A stretch of 64,000 nt of DNA, taken from NCBI GenBank assembly GCA_036172245.1, contig JAYWIR010000056.1:434001-498000 (forward strand), read 5' to 3'. The translations under genes were made by a program, and so were the position numbers. The DNA comes from Raillietiella orientalis (Eukaryota). Positions 12,801 to 24,800 of the stretch are shown piece by piece. The notes beneath the pieces are model-generated. The model had not been told where the DNA came from and searched no databases. It was given only the letters and a program-made list of their open reading frames with translations. Numbering within the stretch: the stretch's first letter is position 1; every line of letters begins with the position of its first letter.

Positions 12801-15800
12801 CCCGACAGGATGAAGTTCTTCTGCAGGAGGTTCTCCAGGATGGGGTCGATTTCTTCGCCGACATCCTCTATCAGCAGAGGTCTGCCGAGCAGCAGGCAGT
12901 CCTCGAGGTGCGTGCGGAAGTGCTTGTGGTACAAAGACGTGACCTGCAGGTCGTTTCCGGCTTCCCGGTTCCTGATCCACTGCCCTCCCTGTCCTTGTGG
13001 GTCGATGAGTAGCGGGTAGTTGATAAACAATGTGCAGATGAGGCCGTTCTGGATGGAGAGTTCGTCGCTGGGCAGCCCCTGCAGCATCCACTCGGAGACC
13101 TGGAGCAGCGGGAAGCAGCAGGCCCTTCTCCAGCCCGTGCGGGCCTCTTTACCACCACGTTGTCCACCAGCCACGACGTGATATCGAGGTTCTGCGTACA
13201 GGGAAGGCACTTCTGCGCGACGATGTCCCTCCATCGTCCCAACAGGAGGTCTCGGTAGTCCTGGTTGAATGGCCCGCTGTACGACAGGAACGCCGCCGCC
13301 AATAGAGCGTCGCCGACGAGTCTGTGGGCGCACCCCAGCGTTCTCACTGCCCTGCCACAGAGACGACCATCCTTACCGTGTCAGTCTCTCTCTGCACGAC
13401 CGCCCCTGACGAATCCACCGCGCTTTCTCGTCCTGCAGACCACCGATGAGCTTCTCGGCCGAGGACGCCTTCCGCGCGCATAGGGCAGCCGCCTCCTCCA
13501 GGACCACCTTCTCTCCGACGGCGGCCTCGTACTGGTGGCGTACCAGCTCCACCTCCGCCTCCTTGTCGCTGAGCTCCTTCTGCGTTCTCTCCAGCTCCCG
13601 GGTTGCTGCCGCAAGCCTCCCTTCCTGGAGGGCCAGGTTGCTCTGGGAAGAGGGAAGGGGAGCTGCCGACTCGGAACGACCGGGGGAAACTGACCTTCAG
13701 AGGACGAACTTCCTTGTTAACGCCGAAGAAGAAGGCCATGGCGCGCGTCCAGGACAGCAGCCCTGCGACGTCCCCACACACCCGGGAGGCGGTGTCCATG
13801 TTGTAGTCCTCCATTCGAAAGTATGGCTCCAGCAGTTCCACCATTTCGTCGCTGATGATGTCCTTCGGGAACGTCTGCAGTTGCTGCAGGAAGGTAGCGC
13901 TCGCCATCATCTGCGGGAAGACGAGGTGACTGAACCAGACGAGGGCAGGCGCTCCCGCGGCATGATCCGGGGTCAGTTTGCACTGGGGCTGGTTGGAGGG
14001 AAGCAGGGCTACTGCAGCGGCAGCATCCCCGGTCTTCCAAGCAGCGATGCTTTTCTCATTGGTACCGGGACCCCCGAGTGGCATCGTTGGGTCCCTTGTA
14101 GGTCAGGCCACCTGGGCCTCTCGGGGCTGACCTTCGGCTTGTGCGGCTCCCCCGCGACCCGAAGCGTTGTTCGCCCTCCCTCAGCTGTGACCTCCACTGG
14201 CATTCTGTCCTGAGTTTCGCGGCCTCCACTCTCCTAGACGTTCGTCTCCATCGCGATGCGTCCCGGTGGCGGGAAAGATTGGCGTGAGGCGGTTGCCATG
14301 AAAATGTTGCACCTTGGGATGTTAGTCCAAAAGGTTTCAGTCTCCTGCTTGAAGGCAAGAGTCGCCAGTTGAGTTTAGCCTTTGTACCTCGTTTCGGGTT
14401 CTTCTGTTTTCGCTTCTTTCCTTCCAGATTTTTCTTTTTCGCATTTTTGGTTCACAAGGAGTGCTGAAGAACCGTTCGCCTCCTGAGGGGGTGGAGCTCT
14501 TGAAGCACCTTCCACCAAACTCGAGGGTGCACGTGACTCTTCCAGTTAAAGGGGGTAACTTTGAAGGGACTACCCTAGAAATCCAGGAAGCCCTGGGGAT
14601 TCCTCTCTTACTCCTGGAAGGGAAGCCGGAAGGGAATCCTAGTTCTGGTTGTCTCTGAAAGGAACCTCTTCCTCATTCTTTCCAGAGGAATCCCCCGGTT
14701 TGTGGGAACCACTCATTCCTTCTCCGAAGTGAACCCGGAAATGATCCGCTCCTGGAATTTTCTTCTCCGGAGGGAACTCGCAAGGGAATCCCTTCAGAGG
14801 AGTAAACAAGGGTTCCTTCTCTGAAGAGAGCCCCAAAAGATCGTTTCCAAATTTTCTCTGAAGGGTCGCTCCCGAAGGGAGCAGCACTCTTCTTCATACT
14901 CTGAAGAGATGCCAATCCACCAGTTCCATGGTACGAGATGGACGGTCCCCCCAAGCGGGAGACTGCACCATTTTCTCAGCCGGAGGGGAGCTCTGAAGAG
15001 GACCAACTCCTTGATTCCTGGTAGGACTCCGGAGGGTCAACTCTTAATCCCGGGTAGTCAACGGGGGCATCTAGTTTCCCATCATTGCCGCACACTAAGT
15101 CAATAAGATCAGCGCCATCCTGCGGGGAAACTCAAAACCTCCGACGCACCCATTTCTCGGCGTCTATCCTTTCCCAAGTGGAATTCGAGCCCACAACTCT
15201 TGGTACCACGCTCAGGAACCTCAGCCACACGGCCTCCGCCGCATGCCACAGCCATGTGCATGACTTCCTCTAGAAAAGAGCTTCTGCGACGCCGGCCGTG
15301 GGCAAGCGCCCAAAGCCATTCGTTCCTCCTCGATGCTTTGCCCAGTTCTCTGGTTGAGAGTGTTTTCGAGAAGAAGGAAGGATGAAGAGCAGCGAAGATG
15401 GAAGCAAAGTCTGCATCCGCGGATTGCGACAGACACACGTAGCACGGGGCAACCCGCGCATTGGAAAAGCCTGCCACCTCCCGAAGCAAAAAGGGCCGAA
15501 GGCATCTCCAAGCGGCTGCGGTTCATCCGCTGTCTCACGAACTGACTCCACTGCTCATAACGCGTCGGGGTGGTTGACCTCGTGAAACTTGTCTTTAGCA
15601 CCACAGCCTCTCTTCTTCGAGCCCACGGCTTGTGGCGCTTGATGGAGGAGGCTTCAGAAAGAGATCCTCAGAATCCGGTGCAGTACGCATCCAGCGATCG
15701 TTGTAAGATGACTCCAAGCCTGCTTGTCTGCAGTCCCAGTCGAGTGTGCATCCACCAGCTCTGGAATTCGCGCGTCACTTCCAGATCAATCCTCGAGAGG

Positions 15801-18800
15801 CAGCTGAATTCGTTCGCCGGACTACCATCGTCGGTCAGACGCTGTCCTCCCTCAAAGCCACCCATCTTTTCGCAGAAGAATGCATGACTGCGCCCATCTT
15901 TGTAATGATCATCGCCCACGAGTGCACTTCTCTTGTCCGTCAGCTGGATGCCATCTGGTGCGTCCCTTTTTGTCTTAAACGGTAGCTGCCCGTGGTTCGA
16001 GACGAAAAAGGGGGGATGCAAACCATAGCTGAGGCTGACCCTTTTACGAGATCCTTGGTGCTGTTTCACGGACCCCAAGGGCTCCCTCGTTGGCCGAGAG
16101 GTTAAAGAGACGGTGGACTCCCTACTAACGCGCTGCCTTTTTTACCGAAGTGGCCTCTGCTCCAGCAACAAACGCGACGGACTTGCCCTCGAGGGAGTCC
16201 ACGAGAAATGGCAGGGCCCGTCGAGGCTTCACCGTCAAGTGGACCACTCGCGCGCATCGCATCAGCGCGAGTGGTCCACTTGCCAGCGAGGAAGAATCTG
16301 TTTTTCTGCATCTCCGGAAACGCTGACAGGAGCGTGCACTCACAATGCAGTTGGTGATTTGTCTGAAGAGCTTTTTCTTTGATGCGCACGCTGGGAATTG
16401 CGAAGGAAGGGGACGGGGATGGAAGGGGATAGGTCCTGTCTCCAGACAGCCTGTTTGGAAAGTGCCCTAGCGGCAGCACGAATTCTCTGAAGTGTGCCGG
16501 AAGCCAAACCTTGAGCGATTCGTTCCATGAAGGCTTGATGCATGATATCCCTTCCTCCGCAACCACTGGGTTCAACTTCCGCTGGAACAGGATGAGCACA
16601 CAGTCCATGATCCTCATTATGAGGTGAGGAGGACGACCGAGCTTGCGCACGGTGGCTTAAAGAGACCGTGGGTCTGAAGCAACGTGAGCGTGCAGCGCTA
16701 CCTATGTGAGTTGGTTTGATCGTGTTGAGCGCTGCTTCCGCTTCCTCTATGGCAGGCCTGGCTGCTTCCAGCTTCATCTGTGCCAAGGCTTTGTCTCTCT
16801 CGATCTGAGCGACAATCTCCTCAGCGATCTCCTTGGATCTTTCGATTTGCTTTCTGATGATCTCTTCTTCGTTCACCCTGTTGGTGACTTCGAGAAGCAC
16901 CTGGAATGGAAAGGAAAGGGGTGCTTTGAGCGCTCTTGAATTCGGCCGACGGTGAACCAACTAAAAGGTGGCGCGACCGCCAAAGACACCTTTAGCGACG
17001 AGAATAGGTGGCTCACCCTGCTGGCTTTCTCCGTGACGAGAGTAATTTCTCTCTCCATTATGGAGAGTTCCTTCTTCAGCTGCACGGCAGATGTGGCGGC
17101 TTCCTCCAGCTTTGCCAACCCGGAGTCCATGCGCCTCGTAGTCTCTTCGATCTCCTTCTTCTTGTCGGCGTAGGTGTTCTTGTATACCACGATGAAAGAC
17201 ATGTAGGATTTAGGGGTGACGAATGTGGTCCGGCGAAACCTGAGCGGAGAACTGGGAACGCAGAATTCCACTTTCCCCACCTCTTGAAATACTCTTCGCA
17301 GACTTCCGACACTCCGGTCTGCACGTTGCTGAGTGCTACTTCCAGATTGGCCTTGGTTTCAGGGGTGCAGAGGATGTCCAGCTTCTCCAGAAAGTGCCGT
17401 GAAATCTGGTAGAGAGCCTCTTCCGGCCAGTTGTAGAACCAGTCGATGGTGCAGCCTGATGTCAGCCCCGGGAACTTCAAAGTCCGGTTCCTGAACTTTT
17501 CTCCCATCTGCGAAGAAGAAGGAAATGTCATTCCTCCCTCTTTCGAAAGACAGCATCACTGCTCGCTCTCTGCGCAGTGGTGCCAGGTGCCAGATGTTCT
17601 GCTGCTCAGCGATGCAAACCGCTTTGCTTTGCAACAGCTTGGAGGTAAAGTGACCTTTGAGAGGGATTGTCTACACGAACCGCGGGTGGTTTCGTAGTAA
17701 AGCAAGGACATGCTCCAGCAGTTGCTCAGAAACTGTTTCCAGGTAACTGCTGGAAAAATTTACATAAAAAAATGCAAGGGGAGGATGCTTCGCCACAGCC
17801 TCCTCCGTTTCCTCAATCCTTTCTCACTTCGCCGCCCTCATTGCTAGCGAGATGGCACGCAGCAGGTGTTCATGAGAGGGAATATTCCTCGCCGGTGTGA
17901 GGGCTCCTTCAAGCGGGCTCCACGGGAGCCGGAGGGGCTGGAGGGCGGCTGTCACGGCTGTGTAACCACGTAGACTTCCGTTCGCAACCGGGGACTTTCA
18001 ATTTTATGGCAGCTTCCTTGCTCGAGTCTACTGGTTAATGGGTTGCCGGCGGCTCGACCATGTAGGTCTGTGCTCAGCTGCGTGGAAGGTGTCACAGCCG
18101 ATGCTCCCAGAAGATTCTCCTATTGTGGTCTCGCGAGAACTTCTTCATCCCGGCTGGCTATGGCAAAGCCTGAGCTTCCAGTGGACTCTACTTCTGAAGT
18201 AGAGCACCATTTTGCTCCTGATGTGCTACTCCCGTCGCTGAGACATCTTCCATCCCCTTAGCACTTCACCGGATCCCACCATCCCGGGGATTCTGCGACG
18301 ATGCTCTGATGGACGCTGGTACTCTGTCGGCGAAGAGGGAAGTGGGCAGTCTTTCGACTTGCCTCCTCAAGTGCTTCAACAGAAGATTTTTACTGAAGGC
18401 CGCGTCCACTGCTATCGATGCCGATCAAAATCCCGAACGATCATAATAAATGAATATGTATGTTCATTACATGTATTCATATATATATAATATCGCTTCT
18501 CAGCCTTTTGGCTAAGACCACAGTATATAATTTTAACAATATATATGTACAATTAATGCATACAATATATAAAGTTACGAATCAATTATTTTATCAATAC
18601 ATGTATTATAAAATTATATGTTGTATAATATAATTAATATATAACGTACAATCTTCATAATATATATTGATACACATTATAGAGAAAATAAATGCATATG
18701 CTTATTATGTATATTAATGTATACATTTGTACATAGAATGATGTACAAATTTATTTAAACATACATGTTTATAAATACTTATTTCCATATATGCTATTCA

Positions 18801-21800
18801 TAAAATTAATATGCACATTGAAGATAATTAAAAATAAATATATATGCTTATTTTTTATGTTAATACATGTTTACATATAATGAATATTGAATTATCAAAA
18901 ATGAAAAGTAATGAAGGCACTTAAAGATGGCGGAAAACAACGAAAAGGCAAACGAATCGAAAAAACAAAAAGGAAATTTCGTGTGACATTCCCTACCATT
19001 CTTGATGACATTCAAGAAATGCAAATTTGTCAGTTAATGATGAATCTCATATTCGGCATTTTGATCGTTTGACAAATATACGTTTTGTAATTCGATATTT
19101 AAATATTCCATCGATATATATGTATTTGTATATAAATATGCAGCAATACATACAATAAACGCATATATCTATTTTATATGATCTTTAATACATATTAATT
19201 ATATACTGATACACATTATCAATCACATTCACCGTATTTATGTCAATACATATTAATAAATATGAACGTTGAGATAAGTCTGTATACTAATTTCTATACG
19301 AAGGTATGTATTAATAATGCATGCAATCAGTATATATATTTATTTTTTATAATCTTTAGAATATATAATAGTCTATGTTTGAGTGTACATATTAATATAT
19401 GTAATGAACACATATATTTTGTGAGGTCTTTCAGGATTTCGATCGTTTGGGATTTCGGCGTTCGGAATGGGAAACCAAACCTTTTTTTATTGGAGCGCTT
19501 TCGCGCTACCTTGGAGCACCAGATCCTGTCTCCGTTCGGAAGCTGTTTCGGGCGAGATCAGAGATCATTTGGGTGGACCTCTCAGTCCAGGATGCCACTT
19601 CGCCGATGTATTCCCGTGGCAGCCTCCTCGTCGCCGATGCAGTGGATGGTGATTTTTCCTACAGAGCCTGGGGCTCGAAGCCTTCTCATGGTCTTGCCGA
19701 AGTCTTGATGGAGTAGAGAGGACAGCCGTTTGTTTCAGAGGAGACAGACGTACTAATGATCTTCCCCCCATTTCTTCAGTTTTCGATTCGATCTCCCTAG
19801 TTGCTTTGGAAATTTTAAACTTGAATTCGATTGAATTCAGAGAAATTGGGAGCAATCCATTCGTGCGCCTCTGGTAACACATGATGTGCTGTTTCGCCCT
19901 CGTGGACTCCAGAGGAGAACGGAAGTGGTCGAACTCCGTGCTATCCTCTCTCTCCGGAGGAGGGAGGACGGCTTGGGACGAGGCGACGAACGTCTCAGGA
20001 AACTTGAGGTGCTCCCGTTTCAGGAACAGGGAACGAGGAGGCGGGAGTCTAAGGCGATAGGAAAATTGCTCCAGCCCAGGAAAGAAAAATCCGGAATCTT
20101 CCTGTTTTCACGGGGCTTTCAGGATGTGCAAAATTCAACATCTGAGGTTTAGGAGGAACGAAAATCCGCTTTCAGTTGCTCCTGACACTCCCGAAGGTAG
20201 CGTTCCAGGGACATCAGAAGAACTGAGAGCTACGCGCACGAGAACGGAAGGATCGTTTCCGGATGCCGGTCAGGGGAGGACTACCCGAAGGAATCCTGCT
20301 TCCGAGAGCTCGTCTCCTGGAAGATGCACGAGTCCAGGTTCCAGTCTGTTTCGGGGCACGCCCAGGGTTCCCACTTGCGGAAATTCTCCCTTCCACTTGG
20401 TAACAAGTGGATAGAAAGAGAATCAAAAGACCCCTAGGGAAGCAGCTGGAAGCAGCTTGCCAGGGGTCATTTTGCCTATGAGAACACCGTCCACCATACT
20501 ACGAAAGCGTCCTGAAAACGTGCAGGCTTGCCGGCCTATTCTCGTTCCTGGCAGCCACGCGACGATGAGCCAACCCAGGTTTCTTGTTCGGACTGTGGGA
20601 ACGTATTGGGGGCTCCGTCCAGGAAGGTGGACCATGCAATCTGTGAAGGAGATGAGTTTGTACCTCAGAAGTTAACGATTCAAGGGAACACGCTGTGCTC
20701 TTTGTGCCGGGAAGGAGTGAAGTGCATCGTTCCCAACGCTTCCCATCGCCTGTGGCCAACTTGGAGGGCGCATTAAGATGCATTTTACCGGAGAGAAACA
20801 CAGGACAATGTGCAGGTTCTGCCTCGTTCTGTATATGAAGAAGTCCATCACGCTTTCTGGAGTCTGAGGACGTTTCGGGTGCTCTCTTTTCATCACAGGC
20901 ATCAATTCAGAGATGATTTCCGCTTGTTCGTCGCGAGTGAACAAGTTGAAGAACACTCCTATGGGTTGCCATTATAGCTGTTCCCGCAGGTCTGCGGTGT
21001 TTACGTTACCGGATGACAGAACGTTGTTCAGATACTCCAGGAAGCCTTCCTCTTTGATATCATTGTCCGTGAAGATGAAGGTAGTCCCTTTTCCTTGGAC
21101 ACCGCACGTCCTGTACAGAACCTTCAGGTCCTCCAAGAAATTCGCGGTGTTGTACGATCTAAAAGTTCCCACCCGTTACCTGGGTTTCGTGATCTACATG
21201 TCTACCTGGTCAGAGTGATTTGGAAGGTTTTGTATCCTGCTATAAAACTGGAAAGTTTGGTCAACGATTTCTTTCCCGATCCTCCTACTCCAATCAGGAG
21301 GGCGTTGCCACCGGGATTGCGGATGATTCTGGACACCTGTTTTTTTTTTTTTTTTTCAATTACAAAGATCAAGTCATCATCATCACCACCACCACCAACA
21401 ACAACAACACAAATCGGTGAACTAACGTAGGTGATACAAGAGCGACTATGGGATAAGTACAAAGAGTGTGCACATCCTGTTCCCTTTCCCAGGTACCCCA
21501 TTCGTTAAGCAAGAACCTAGCACACGATCTCTCGCTCATCGGAAAGCAGCTCAGTGCGATGAATGAAAAGTAGTGGTGGCAATTAAAAATGGCAGGAAAC
21601 AACGAAAAGACAAACGAATCGAAAAAACAAGAAGGAAATTTCGTTTTTCATTTTCCTACCATTCTTGATGACATTCAAGAAATGCAGATTTGTCAGTTAA
21701 TGATGAATCCCATTTTCGGCATTTTTGACACTTTGTAATTCGATACTTGTGTATACATTTCGTATGCATTTTTGTTATATGTGAATGAGCGTACATAACA

Positions 21801-24800
21801 AACGTATGTATTTATTTTTCATGATGTTTGAGGATGCCGAACCAAACCCTCTGTGAAGCATCGGAGAGGGAAGCCACGTGGAGGAGCGGGGATAAGGTGC
21901 GCAGCTTATTCCGTGTGTTGCTCACCGGAAGATTCTCCCGACAGCGGGCAGTTCCCGGTCGTGCCAGGACTGGCCTCATAAACGGGAATCAAGTGGGTGA
22001 GCGCATGCAGGAGAGGAAGGACAGGCTGCTCTCGGTCCGAGAGGTAAAGCGAGGCGTTTGGAGCGCGAGGGAGCGCGCGCATCCCATGGCAGGAGCGCAC
22101 GAACTCGGGCGACCCCGTTCCAGCATCCTCGGGACGGACTCGGGGAGGATGTGCCCGGACGCACTCAGAATGGCTCTCCCCCCCCTGACCTTCACGATGT
22201 GAAGCATCGCGTCTTCGAAGAAGACGATGTCCATCGGCGATCCGCGGATGATGTCGTTGTACTGGCCGAGGAACATTTTCAGTCTGTCGTCGAGGACCTC
22301 GAAGGAGGGGAACGGCTCGTATATCTTCGGCATCTCGACGTCGACGTCCTCCAGCTCCTCCCCCGTGGGCTCCGGGGCGTCCCTGGCAGCGGCATCCCAG
22401 TTGCGGGCGGGGCACCGGCCTCGGGCTTCCCTCCCACCTCATGAAGTCCACGAAGTAGGTCTCCTCCTCGATGTACTCCCTGTAGTGCGGGCCCAACTCG
22501 ATGCCCACGGCGTCCAGCGCCAGGTTGCGGAAGCAGTCCACGTCCGCCTTGCTGATGAACCTGCACGTCACGCTCAGAGGAGGCATCTCGTCGCTCCCGC
22601 CGCCTACCGGTCACTAATTACGCGGCTGCACTCGTGCTTCCACAGCTTCATGAGGATCTCCTCGCTGTCCACCACCGACGGGACGGAGCTGATCATCCCC
22701 TGCCAGATCCTGCTGAGGTCCCTCAGGTTGAAGACGTAGTGGAACTTCGCCGGGGTAGGCAGCATCAGGTTCTGCGAAGAGAGAGGGGTTGGCGAGTTTC
22801 CTCCCTCCCCCATGCAGCGCGGCGCCCGTGGGGTTGCGCAGAAACGGGTGCCTTCAGAGGCGCCCGCGCCTCGCGGCGGCGCCGGATGCTCTCCACGGGG
22901 TGCCTGGACCTCCCCCTCCTCCTCCTTCGAGTCCACAAACTTTCCCTCTGCTCAAGCGCTTGGGAAGGCAGCAATGTGCCTCTCCAACCTCCCTGGGCGA
23001 AGAGCCCTTCCAGGACGGGCTGGTGCTCCGGAGGCGTTTCCGGGTTCCCGAGAGCCACTCTCACCTTGATGCTGCTCCAGACGTTCCTGGTCAGTGCCAC
23101 CAGCTTCAGTGCCAGTGCCTGAACGCTATCACTGAAGCCGCGCTTGGCACAGAAGTGACCCCTGGCCAGCACAGAGAATATCCGGTCCACGGAGGCTTGT
23201 GATGGGAGGGTGCAGTTGAAGATGCAGAAGTGGCGCTTGAGTCTGGAGGGGATGTCGTTGTGCCCTCCTCCTGGAAGCAGAAAGGTGGTGGAGCCGCCGT
23301 CGCTTCCGGGAGGAAGGGGGGACGAGCGCCGGATCTCCTTCCGCCCCCGCCTACGAAAGGCACCCAAAGAACCTGGACCTTCCACCCTGCCAGATCTAGG
23401 ACCCACTCCAACCCGGTGGGACCGACTCCCTAAGCGCCAAGGGCCCGTCACCTCCTCAAAGGCCTCGGGCTCGGAAGTGACCTTCCCCAGGGCACTCGCC
23501 TCACCAGGGTGAGTCATGGCGGCCATGAACTGCACGTCGGTGATGGTCACGAACTCGCCCGGCTTCTCCAGGCTGTAGAAGCCATCCATCTCCATCGTCT
23601 GCCGCAGGATCTCGTTGGTCACCTGATCCCCGTACTCGTTGATGTGGGGCATGCCGACATCGTCGATAAAGATGGCCATCCTCTTGCCGGCCGGCGGGCC
23701 GTAGGTGTTCCCCGTCCGCTTGTCCACAAAACTTTCAATGGTGCGCTGTGAGGGAGAGGAGAGAAAGGTAACCAGGGAGGGAGGAAGGGGTCGAAGCGAA
23801 CCTGGAAATACAGGGGCGTCGACGCTGAGGAGAAGTTGAAGTGCCGGTACACGTGCGTCTCAGAGCTGAGCGTCTTCAGGTAAGCCAGCGTCATCACCGT
23901 CTTGGCCGATCCTTGCTCTCCGATCAGCAGCACAGCCTGGCAATGGGTGGGGAGCGGTCAGCTCTCGGCCACGCGCAGAGATGGCCGTGTGGTTGTGGTC
24001 TCCGTGCGCGAATCCAAGCGAAACCTCACGTGGAGGATCGACGACGAGAATGGATTCCGAGTCCCCCACCCGCCGGACGATGCTCGTTGGCCTGCAGGAT
24101 TCGGGCGCGGCACTGGGGGAATGTGGAAACCAGATGCCCCCGTTGACTGGTCGGGATTGAAAGTTGACCCTCTAGGGTCTTCCCAAGAATCAAGGAGTTA
24201 TCCGGGATTTCCCTCCAATTGTGAAAATGGGGTCATCTCCCCTTCGAGGCAGACCGTTCATCGCATACCGTGGATCTGGATGATACCCCACTCGGAGGGT
24301 TGGCCAGAATGTCCAAGAAGCTCGCTGCCCCCTTCGGGAGCCCCCTTTAGAAAAATTGGTAAACCTCCCTTTTGGGTTCTCTTCGGAGGAGGAAACAAGA
24401 AACGGTTCCTTTGAGGGTTCCCTCCGAAGAAGAAATTCCAGGAGCGGATAATTTCCGGGCTTCCCTTGGAGAATAAATGAGGAGTGACTTCCCCTGAGGA
24501 GGGTTCCTCCGGAGATGATACGAAAGAGGTTCTCTTGGTTTTTCCCTTGGAAGACAACCAGGGAGAGTTCCCTTCCTCCAAAGCGTAAGAGGAACGGACT
24601 CCTCCTTCCCCCGGAGCCTTCCTGGATTCATAGGGTGTTCCTCTCACGTGGTGACCCCTATACACGAAGAGTTACACGCACGCTCGAGTGGCGTGGAGAG
24701 TGTTAAAGAGCTCTATGAGCTCCCCCTACGGAGACGAACGGTTTTTTAGCACTTAGAGGCAGAAGGGAAGAGGAGGGTAAGGGAAAGAAGAGCTGGCGAA

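Noticed and set aside
13446..14213. Plus-strand ORFs overlapping dynein exons (also 34093-34962, 22227-22739, 62763-63650)
   Set aside because: Antisense shadow ORFs of GC-rich coding sequence with no recognisable protein features.
19262..19708. Ile/Tyr/Asn-rich ORFs in AT islands (also 44973-45293, 56099-56408)
   Set aside because: The composition reflects the AT-rich repeat family, not a protein.
22765..23727. 320-aa ORF as an independent gene
   Set aside because: It is two dynein exons joined through stop-free GC-rich introns.
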